This document shows, in pieces, positions 26,525 through 33,512 of a stretch of DNA of 64,000 nucleotides. The stretch covers positions 13,930-77,929 of the forward strand of contig DATIJJ010000014.1 in NCBI GenBank assembly GCA_035478795.1, given 5' to 3'. This DNA comes from Gammaproteobacteria bacterium (GTDB lineage Bacteria; Pseudomonadota; Gammaproteobacteria; DSM-16500). The notes under the pieces are model-generated. The model searched no databases. It was not told where the DNA came from and saw nothing but the letters and a program-made list of their open reading frames with translations. The translations under genes and the position numbers were made by a program. Numbering within the stretch: position 1 is the first letter of the stretch; the number at the start of each line of letters is the position of its first letter.

Positions 26525-27055
26525 TTACATCTTGATAAACTTTATAACCTTATCGACATCCTGCTCAACCGTTTTACTGATTTCTGAAAGTTCATCTGAA
26601 CAATCAACCGATTCAACAATCAACGTAGAAACTTCTTCATAAAATGCATCGCGTTCCTGATGTTGCTTTTCAAGAAACGCTTTCATATCATCCACGGGAA
26701 GCGCTGGAACTCGCCCATTTTTCATGCGAGCCAGTTGAGTTGGAATAGATACTTTCAGATAGACAACAAATTCGGAAGATAACAATTTTCGGCATTGTTC
26801 ACTTGATACAACACATTCTTCCAATAAAACAACAATATTTTCTTTTCCGAGGCAATGCGTCATGATATCAAGCTGACATTGATTAAATGCTGCTTCACCT
26901 TGTTCGCCAAGAATATCCCGTGTTTGTCTGCCAATGTAACGTTCAATACTCGGGTTTGCATCAACGATTTGCCATCCCAGTCTTTTTGCCAATGCTTCAG
27001 TAAATATAAATTTGCCTGCGCCCATATGGCCGACGATAAAGATTCGTTTTGTCAT
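26525..27055 (-). CDS. Shikimate-kinase-like P-loop protein with atypical active-site motifs
   Basis: The overall AroK-like layout is IFIVGHMGAGKF......LA..LG......(D)....I... Walker A ends in Phe instead of Ser/Thr. The DSD and GGG shikimate-site motifs are not recognisable. Confidence 0.55.
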   Translation of the reverse strand: MTKRIFIVGHMGAGKFIFTEALAKRLGWQIVDANPSIERYIGRQTRDILGEQGEAAFNQCQLDIMTHCLGKENIVVLLEECVVSSEQCRKLLSSEFVVYLKVSIPTQLARMKNGRVPALPVDDMKAFLEKQHQERDAFYEEVSTLIVESVDCSDELSEISKTVEQDVDKVIKFIKM

Positions 27056-27156
27056 TTTTAATATCCTCTATCCAGTTGTTGCCTGTTCCCGGGTAATTTA
27101 TACTTTTTAAATTTTATCGGCAATAATCAACATTCCAATCATTCATTTTTGGCTCC

Positions 27157-27194
27157 AAAAAAATAAAAAAGCCCCCTGCCAAACGACAGGAGGC
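27157..27194 (-). terminator. Rho-independent terminator of the 85-aa paralog
   Basis: Minus strand reads GCCTCCTG-tcgtttgg-CAGGGGGC (one mismatch) followed by TTTTTTATTTTTTT. Confidence 0.6.
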
Positions 27195-27201
27195 ATAACC
27201 A

Positions 27202-27459
27202 TCATGGTCTACGCAATGTTTGAGAAGGTTCTTTTTGCCCTGCTGCCTGTTTTGGTTTCAACGACAGATGATCATAGCCGCTAGTCAGCCCGAAAGGCCT
27301 CCACTCACTCACAACATCACAATCAGGATTAGCATCTTGCAATGCTTTCCGTCTCCTTGCTTCGAGTAAAACATCGACATATACGAGCGCAGAGAGCCCT
27401 GCGAAATAACCGGCACCAGAAAGCACTCTTTTTGCATTTTGCTCAAAAAATTTAAACAT
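27202..27459 (-). CDS. Hypothetical 85-aa protein (paralog of 13027-13284)
   Basis: Same length, same N-terminal MFKFFEQ, ANPDCDVVSEW and AGQKEPSQ..RRP tail. Flanking elements are conserved. Confidence 0.6.
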   Translation of the reverse strand: MFKFFEQNAKRVLSGAGYFAGLSALVYVDVLLEARRRKALQDANPDCDVVSEWRPFGLTSGYDHLSLKPKQAAGQKEPSQTLRRP

Positions 27460-27537
27460 AAAATGATCCTCTCAAAAGATTAATAATGATAAGTTGCTAT
27501 CTGCCGGATGTATCGCCCTGAGACGGGCAGATAACGA

Positions 27538-27681
27538 TTACCGGCTCAGAGCTTGAGAGAGGGTGATAATGAGCACCACAATTGAAGAGGTCAAAAGGAT
27601 AAGAACGAGAGAAAACCCAACGGACGATTCGCTGTATGTTTCAAAATAGCTATTGTGAGGTATACTTCGTCTCGGGTTCAT
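27538..27681 (-). CDS. Candidate 47-aa small membrane peptide, copy 2
   Basis: MNPRRSIPHNSYFETYSESSVGFSLVLILLTSSIVVLIITLSQALSR*. The TM segment is identical to copy 1. Confidence 0.4.
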   Translation of the reverse strand: MNPRRSIPHNSYFETYSESSVGFSLVLILLTSSIVVLIITLSQALSR

Positions 27682-27719
27682 TTTTTTAAAATCATCATTA
27701 AATTGATATATAACGATAG

Positions 27720-27748
27720 ACCATAGCCATTCAATAAAGAAAAGTCAA
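27720..27748 (-). promoter_or_regulatory. Sigma70-like promoter, copy 2
   Basis: TTGACT-17-TATGGT on the minus strand. The -35 element overlaps the AlaX-like stop codon (27745-27747). Confidence 0.4.
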
Positions 27749-28095
27749 CAATCATTTATCAACCGAATTTCAATTCTTTCCTTTCCTCTGCCAACATTAA
27801 CTCTTTTCAAATTAATCGCCCCAACTTCACCGGTAGATTTTACGTGCGTCCCGCCGCATGGCACTTGTGAAAATCCATCAATTTCCCAATAGCGTCTTTG
27901 ATTTTCAATATCAGAAAATCCTGTTTTAATTGGCATATTCTGAGCGATAATTTTATCATACTCACTATCACTTTCCTGACCGACAAAAAAAGAAAAAGCA
28001 ATCGTTTCATCAAATAAAATACAATTTCCATTGACCGACGATACATGAGTGATTAAATGAGTTTGATATGGGTTATCCCAAAACACTTTTTGCAT
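27745..28095 (-). CDS. AlaX-like (Ala/Thr-tRNA editing, tRNA_SAD) protein, internally shortened to 116 aa
   Basis: The N-terminus resembles the AlaX N-domain (DNPYQT....V.SV.G..ILFDETI). The C-terminus carries the CGGTHV zinc motif. The central part that normally carries the HxxxH motif appears to be missing. Confidence 0.5.
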   Translation of the reverse strand: MQKVFWDNPYQTHLITHVSSVNGNCILFDETIAFSFFVGQESDSEYDKIIAQNMPIKTGFSDIENQRRYWEIDGFSQVPCGGTHVKSTGEVGAINLKRVNVGRGKERIEIRLINDC

Positions 28096-28096
28096 A

Positions 28097-28519
28097 TTAT
28101 CGCCACAAAGAGAATTTTTTCGTTAATTCTGTTACCTTATCCCATTCACCAAATAGTACAATACCGTAATAAATCAAATTTTCATCTTTAACATTCGCTG
28201 TTCGTTCAATCTGCTCTTTATATGTTCCGACTGTCATAGTATCAGCGAAATCATTAAAAATAATGTTATTTGCAATCGCTTCATTACGTAGTTTTCGTAT
28301 TTTGTTTGAATTTTCTGACAGGATGATGAAAGGGATTTCCGAAATAAAAGGATGGGAACCGCCATCCGCGTCACGATAATCCGTTAAACGTAATTCCTCC
28401 TTGCCAATAGCCGACCCCAACCCGATGCACATGTGCGCGAGTGCATTCATTATTTTTCCTGTTTCTATACTTTTATTTAATACAGCAACCAGCTTGTTTT
28501 TAAACTTCTCATCTGTCAT
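28097..28519 (-). CDS. DUF2000-family protein
   Basis: 140 aa. KLVAVLNK....G...NALAHM..GLG and the C-terminal FSLW(R) pattern match my memory of DUF2000. Confidence 0.6.
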   Translation of the reverse strand: MTDEKFKNKLVAVLNKSIETGKIMNALAHMCIGLGSAIGKEELRLTDYRDADGGSHPFISEIPFIILSENSNKIRKLRNEAIANNIIFNDFADTMTVGTYKEQIERTANVKDENLIYYGIVLFGEWDKVTELTKKFSLWR

Positions 28520-28624
28520 AGGGCACCTGATTTAAGTAAATAAAGATCGTGCGTTATAACGCATATTGAGATATAATAGCATTGTGCGTTATGGCGCACA
28601 ACATTTTTCTACACAGGATAGCGC

Positions 28625-29191
28625 ATGAAAAATATTAATAAACGCATCTCTTTGATTTTAAAAAAATTACGCCATGACAAAGGATGGAGTCTCGATAAAG
28701 CAGCTGAAAAAACGGGCGTAAGCAAGGCGATGTTAGGTCAAATTGAACGGGAAGAATCAAGCCCGACGATTGCCACTTTATGGAAAATCGCCAGCGGGTT
28801 TGACACCTCATTTTCTTCTTTCATTGAAGATACGCATTCCAGATCAGATCATTCTGTTCATAGAGTCGGTAAAACCCGGCAACTGCACCCATCCGATAAA
28901 AAAATTCGCGTTATGCCGTTATTTCCTTATGATGATGAATTAAAGTGTGAAATATTTGTCATTGAATTATTGCCAACATGTGAACATTTATCTCCACCTC
29001 ACCAGGCAGGCGTCATAGAACATGTCATTGTAGCGTCAGGAACAATAGAAGTTTTAGTCAATAAAAAATGGAAGTTACTTAAAAAGGGCGACGGGCTTCG
29101 TTTCAATGCAAGTCAACCACATGGTTATAGAAATCTTTCGAAAAAGACTGCTCTATTTCATGATATTATCCACTATCCTGTTGGCTCATGA
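28625..29191 (+). CDS. XRE-family HTH regulator with C-terminal cupin domain
   Basis: The HTH is GWSLDKAAEKTGVSKAMLGQIEREESSPTIATLWKIA. The C-terminal cupin carries H..G..E......G. Divergent from the DUF2000/AlaX-like genes. Confidence 0.8.
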   Translation: MKNINKRISLILKKLRHDKGWSLDKAAEKTGVSKAMLGQIEREESSPTIATLWKIASGFDTSFSSFIEDTHSRSDHSVHRVGKTRQLHPSDKKIRVMPLFPYDDELKCEIFVIELLPTCEHLSPPHQAGVIEHVIVASGTIEVLVNKKWKLLKKGDGLRFNASQPHGYRNLSKKTALFHDIIHYPVGS

Positions 29192-29744
29192 TCTCATTCA
29201 TGTCAAGCTTCATAATATGATGCGGAACAGGATGCCATGATGCAATAAATTCCCCTACAATACGAAATCCTGCCTTTTGATAGACATGAGTCGCCCTGAC
29301 ATTTGATTTTTCCGGATCTATAAAAACTTCCGAGATATCTGAAAAATGACTTGTCAGAAATTCTTTAATAACCCTGCTTGCAAGTCCTTTTCCAAGATAA
29401 TTTTTATCGCAAATAAAAATATCCAGTGTGATGGCCAATCCATCTGATTCACTGTATTTCGCATATACGTTGGATGAATTTTTAAAAATATTTGATGTTA
29501 ATAAATAAACAAAAGGTGTTTCATTATCATAACCGATCCAATGTTGTGTCATTTCTGATTGTCGATCTATTTTTTTATTTTTTGTATAAAATTGGAAAAA
29601 TTTTTCAAGTCCTGACAATGTATTTTGTAATCCCTGCCCATGAATCCATTCTCGAATATAGTCTTGCTGAAGCCACCGATGAATGAGCTCCCGCTGTGGC
29701 TCCATTGCGGGTTTAAAATTAAAACGGTGTGATATTTCACGCAT
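29166..29744 (-). CDS. GNAT acetyltransferase (Acetyltransf_8 / AAC(6')-like subgroup)
   Basis: 192 aa with W.....I..W and YLGKGLASRVIKEF, ATHVYQKAGF. The 3' end overlaps the XRE-cupin gene by 26 nt (convergent). Confidence 0.7.
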   Translation of the reverse strand: MREISHRFNFKPAMEPQRELIHRWLQQDYIREWIHGQGLQNTLSGLEKFFQFYTKNKKIDRQSEMTQHWIGYDNETPFVYLLTSNIFKNSSNVYAKYSESDGLAITLDIFICDKNYLGKGLASRVIKEFLTSHFSDISEVFIDPEKSNVRATHVYQKAGFRIVGEFIASWHPVPHHIMKLDMNEIMSQQDSG

Positions 29745-29818
29745 ACGAACCCTGTCATTCTGATTTTTGTCTATCAGGGGTATTTAACCACGGGTATAAA
29801 ACAAGCTTGACCTATAGC

Positions 29819-29992
29819 TTAATAATGGCCCGAGCAGCATCCATTATTACACCCGGAATAGCCGGTATATTGGGTACAGCTACAATAAGTTGTTCTTTGG
29901 CAGCAACCGCCACAACTCATTTTTTCAACACAAGCTGTTAATCCTAAACATCCTATTGCTATCAATGTACTTACCCATATTTTCACTTTCAT
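29819..29992 (-). CDS. Candidate 57-aa cysteine-rich lipoprotein (not in ORF track)
   Basis: GAGGAGGG lies 8 nt upstream of the ATG at 29992. My translation is MKVKIWVSTLIAIGCLGLTACVEKMSCGGCCQRTTYCSCTQYTGYSGCNNGCCSGHY*. The lipobox is L-T-A-C. Confidence 0.55.
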   Translation of the reverse strand: MKVKIWVSTLIAIGCLGLTACVEKMSCGGCCQRTTYCSCTQYTGYSGCNNGCCSGHY

Positions 29993-30013
29993 TTTCAGAC
30001 CCTCCTCATTAAC

Positions 30014-30127
30014 CAGGTCGTGTCCTCACACACTGTAACTTATTGTTTTTACAATGACTTCTCAGGCGCCGGGTTCCCTTGATCTACTTTAAAAACAATA
30101 AGTTACAGTGTGTGAGGACACGACCTG
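30014..30127. repeat. 114-bp palindromic element: 38-bp perfect inverted arms (30014-30051 / 30090-30127) with a 38-nt spacer
   Basis: The left arm caggtcgtgtcctcacacactgtaacttattgttttta is the exact reverse complement of the right arm. Confidence 0.95.
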
Positions 30128-30194
30128 ACTTGTCTCGTTTATATTATTTTAACATAACCAAACAGGAGTGATTTTATCGACCTGGTCCGACAAA

Positions 30195-30227
30195 GCAGCT
30201 GTGCGATATATCGCACAACTGCTTTTT
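30195..30227. terminator. Hairpin between the palindromic element and the OMP gene (possible terminator)
   Basis: GCAGCTGTGCGAT-at-ATCGCACAACTGC (one mismatch) followed by TTTTT on the plus strand. It lies 15 nt beyond the stop of the minus-strand OMP gene. Confidence 0.4.
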
Positions 30228-30241
30228 GGACTTTCAACAGA

Positions 30242-31003
30242 TTAAAAGTGGTAGCTCAAACCAAGCGAGCCGCGGTTATCAGCGGGTGAATTTTTAGAAC
30301 CGGTGGGTCCATTATTATTAAAAGAATTATAGTTAATGTAATCGTATTCCAGTCTTCCCGTCACTTTTCCAAAAAGAGGAACTTCAACACCCAACCCCAG
30401 ATTGTACCCGCCTGACCAATGCGTAAAATTGGAACCCGAACTGCCTGACCAGTCCTGTACCTTAAATTGCGTATCAACATATCCAAGGCGTCCATAGACT
30501 AAAGGTCCCGCGCCATTCGCGAGTTTAATACCGGGTAAAATCGAGGCACCGATACTGGTTCCGGCAGAGAATTTGCCATCATACATAAAACCGGACGTCT
30601 GCAGCGAATCCTTGCCACTGGCGCCACTTGTTCCTAAAAAGAGTTCGCCGCCCAGATAAAAATTGTTTCTGAAGGATTGACCATACCCGCCAAACAACCT
30701 GCCGTTCCAGCCATTGGCATGGGTATTTAAGGAACCAATGGGATCATCCAGCACCCACGGATTACGTTTTATCTGAAACCCTTCATAACCGAGACTCACC
30801 CCGGTATAAAAACCGCCGAACAAGGAATGAAATGGCGGGCAGGGGCAATCATCCATGGCATCATCATAACCATCGTCATAGCCATCATCATAGCCTCTGT
30901 TATAGGTATGATGCGCTGATTGCGCAAACGAAGCGGTTCCGCATGTCAAAAGCGGAATGGTCATTAACAAACAAAGTGTTGAGAGACGAAACATCCTTTT
31001 CAT
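30242..31003 (-). CDS. Outer-membrane beta-barrel protein with acidic GYDD repeat and CPCPP motif at the mature N-terminus
   Basis: Signal peptide (..TASFA-QS), alternating aromatic/Gly beta-strand pattern, and a C-terminal ...LGLSYHF ending in Phe. Confidence 0.75.
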   Translation of the reverse strand: MKRMFRLSTLCLLMTIPLLTCGTASFAQSAHHTYNRGYDDGYDDGYDDAMDDCPCPPFHSLFGGFYTGVSLGYEGFQIKRNPWVLDDPIGSLNTHANGWNGRLFGGYGQSFRNNFYLGGELFLGTSGASGKDSLQTSGFMYDGKFSAGTSIGASILPGIKLANGAGPLVYGRLGYVDTQFKVQDWSGSSGSNFTHWSGGYNLGLGVEVPLFGKVTGRLEYDYINYNSFNNNGPTGSKNSPADNRGSLGLSYHF

Positions 31004-31176
31004 ATCAAAATCCTTTTAAGTGAGGTCGACACCATACTAGATAATTTTCTTTTGAAAAACAATTGAGAACTTCCTTAAAGCACACAAATCCATGGCAGAT
31101 TATTGGCGAATGTACGATAATACAGTCCTTGAAAACTTCATTTCTGTTGCATCAAACCCGTTTTCTCAGGAAATTT

Positions 31177-31551
31177 ATGATGGATAGCCTGCATACAACA
31201 CTGCTTCTTATAAGCCACCTTTTAATTGGATTTTATTTCACTTTTTTTGGACTGTGGAATATCTATCACTGGAAGCCCATGATAGAGGTCATGTTACAAA
31301 AAAAGATACCGTCCCCCTTGTTTCTTTTATCAATTGCCATAGGCTGGCAAATGATATGCGGGATCATGATTATGTTCGGGATTCTGACCAAACTTGCCGC
31401 ACTTCTACTTATTCCATTCACTGTGCTGATCGTATTGATGTTACATTCCTACTGGGATTTTAAAGGTGAGTTACGCAAACAACATATGGCGTTATTTATT
31501 ACAAATTTCACCATTTCCCTGGGAGCATTGATTTTATTATTGTCAAATTAA
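31177..31551 (+). CDS. DoxX family membrane protein
   Basis: About 125 aa with four hydrophobic helices and a G.......G pattern. Start taken at the MMDSLH ATG. Confidence 0.7.
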   Translation: MMDSLHTTLLLISHLLIGFYFTFFGLWNIYHWKPMIEVMLQKKIPSPLFLLSIAIGWQMICGIMIMFGILTKLAALLLIPFTVLIVLMLHSYWDFKGELRKQHMALFITNFTISLGALILLLSN

Positions 31552-31620
31552 CCGATTGTTATATTCATTATAAGGCTATTTGCTATACCATAAGCGGTTT
31601 TAATCGCCATAAAGAATGTT

Positions 31621-32604
31621 ATGTTGAATACTAATCCGAATACGCCGTATGCAAACCTGAAGCCTGATAGCATTCTTGATGCCGTAGAAAGTGTTGGTTT
31701 TCGTTGTAACGGCAGCCTGTTTCCCCTGAATAGTTATGAAAATCGTGTTTATCAGATTGGAATAGAGGAAGCCGATCCTGTTATCGCGAAATTTTACCGC
31801 CCCCTGCGCTGGAGTAATGAGGCGATTCTGGAAGAACATCAATTTGCGGCGGAATTATCCGCGCACGAAATTCCTGTGGTTGCTCCACTGGTGATGAAAA
31901 ATAAAACGCTACACGATTACAAGGGTTTTCGTTTTGCCCTGTTCGTGCGCCGGGGTGGACGAGCGCTTGAGCTGGATAGCCTGGAGCAACTGGAGTGGAT
32001 GGGTCGATTTATTGGTCGTCTTCATGCAACAGGCGCCTGTCGATCCTTTCATCACCGACACACACTCACTGTGGATTACTTTGGATTCGCTCCCTGTCAT
32101 TTTTTGCTTGAAAACAATTTTATTCCTGACTATTTGAAACAGCCATTTGGCGAAGCCATTGAGACCGCTTTAAACCGGATTAAAATTATTTTTCAACAAA
32201 CCGGTGAAATAAAGCAAATCCGCCTGCATGGTGACTGTCATGCAGGTAATGTTTTATGGCGCGACAGCGGCCCACACATTGTAGATCTCGATGATTGCAT
32301 GATGGGTCCGGCTATTCAGGATCTCTGGATGTTGCTGTCAGGAAATGAAATGCAAATGCAAGCGCAACTGGAACGGATCTTGTGGGGTTATTGTGAATTT
32401 CATGATTTTAATTATCGTGAGCTTCACCTGATTGAAGCCTTGCGTACCTTGCGCATGTTGCATTATTCAGCCTGGCTTGCCAAACGCTGGGAAGATCCCG
32501 CATTTCCCTTAAATTTTCCCTGGTTTAATACAGCGCATTACTGGCAAGAACAACTGAACAATTTAAATGAACAAATTCAAAAGCTGCCATTAGCTCTCAG
32601 CTAA
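31621..32604 (+). CDS. srkA: Stress response Ser/Thr kinase SrkA (YihE/RdoA)
   Basis: Collinear with E. coli YihE as I remember it: PLNSYENRVYQ, KFYRP.RW, ILEEHQFA, RLHGDCHAGN.LWRD, VDLDD...GPA.QDLWML, DPAFP.NFPW. Confidence 0.9.
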   Translation: MLNTNPNTPYANLKPDSILDAVESVGFRCNGSLFPLNSYENRVYQIGIEEADPVIAKFYRPLRWSNEAILEEHQFAAELSAHEIPVVAPLVMKNKTLHDYKGFRFALFVRRGGRALELDSLEQLEWMGRFIGRLHATGACRSFHHRHTLTVDYFGFAPCHFLLENNFIPDYLKQPFGEAIETALNRIKIIFQQTGEIKQIRLHGDCHAGNVLWRDSGPHIVDLDDCMMGPAIQDLWMLLSGNEMQMQAQLERILWGYCEFHDFNYRELHLIEALRTLRMLHYSAWLAKRWEDPAFPLNFPWFNTAHYWQEQLNNLNEQIQKLPLALS

Positions 32605-33054
32605 TAATGAAAGCCGCTGGTAATGTTCCAGTGCCTGCTCGAGTGCCCGTTTGTCATGGGTCAGAGCCATTTTTTCCTGCTGCCATTGATTAAACAGCTG
32701 TTGCCAACGCCGGTTATTTTGACGGTATTTTTCCAACTCTGTTTTTAATTCGGCTATTTCCTGCTGATAGTTCAATTCAATTGGTACAAACTGTTCTGTT
32801 GATTGACTCAGTACGTTTTCCCAGAGTCCTTTAATCATTTCAATCAAAAATTCCGGCATCGGCCCCCTCAAAACGATTTTGGAAGTTTTGTTTTGTGCCT
32901 GTCTAAAACGACGCAAGTGCTGATTGATGGTGCCGGCGCTTCCTGTGCCGAGAAAATGGCGCACATTCTCAATAGTAATATTTTTATCCTGGCCTTTTAA
33001 TGCGCTGATTGCCGAGATAACATCTTCGTACGTAATTCCATGACGAGCCATCAT
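32590..33054 (-). CDS. KfrA_N-like DNA-binding protein with coiled-coil tail
   Basis: The N-terminus ITYEDVISAISALKGQDKNITIENVRHFLGTGSAGTINQHLRRFR resembles the KfrA N-terminal domain. The remainder is heptad-rich. It overlaps the srkA 3' end by 15 nt (convergent). Confidence 0.5.
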   Translation of the reverse strand: MMARHGITYEDVISAISALKGQDKNITIENVRHFLGTGSAGTINQHLRRFRQAQNKTSKIVLRGPMPEFLIEMIKGLWENVLSQSTEQFVPIELNYQQEIAELKTELEKYRQNNRRWQQLFNQWQQEKMALTHDKRALEQALEHYQRLSLLAES

Positions 33055-33116
33055 TCATTCCTTTTTTGTATTACGTTTTATGAATTATACCGGTTTTCGC
33101 AATAAAATAAACGACG

Positions 33117-33488
33117 TTAACTGTGTATATATTTATCAATTATATCGGGCAATGTTTTTATATCGACAGGCTTGGCAATGTAACCATTACATCCTGCCGC
33201 CAATGCCTTTTCTTTATCTGTTTTCATGGCATAAGCGGTTATTGCAATAACAGGAATGTGTTTATACCGGGGATCAGCTTTTAGTTTGCGCGTCAATTCA
33301 AGACCATCCATTCCGGGTAATTGTATATCAACCAGAATAAGCGCCGGTTTAACTGTTTCCAGCAGAGATAACGCTTCTCTCGCATCCATTGCCCGATAAA
33401 CGTCATACTTTTTCGCAGTCAATAAATAATCCATCATTTTCAGATTAAGCAGATTATCTTCTATGATCAAGATGGCTTCGCCTGACAT
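33117..33488 (-). CDS. Single-domain CheY-like response regulator
   Basis: IIEDN, LILVDIQLPGMDG, IAITAYA, KP: all canonical receiver residues are present; 123 aa. Confidence 0.9.
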   Translation of the reverse strand: MSGEAILIIEDNLLNLKMMDYLLTAKKYDVYRAMDAREALSLLETVKPALILVDIQLPGMDGLELTRKLKADPRYKHIPVIAITAYAMKTDKEKALAAGCNGYIAKPVDIKTLPDIIDKYIHS

Positions 33489-33512
33489 GTAAAAAATTTA
33501 CCTCATTCTCTC

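Larger units (their letters stand above)
27133..27815. repeat. Copy 2 of the duplicated module (see 12955-13720)
   Basis: By-eye alignment with copy 1. Here the module continues into the AlaX-like gene. Confidence 0.85.

Noticed and set aside
29729-29941. Tracked 70-aa plus-strand ORF
   Set aside because: It is the antisense shadow of the minus-strand Cys-rich lipoprotein ORF, which has a strong Shine-Dalgarno sequence and a lipobox. The plus-strand ORF has neither.
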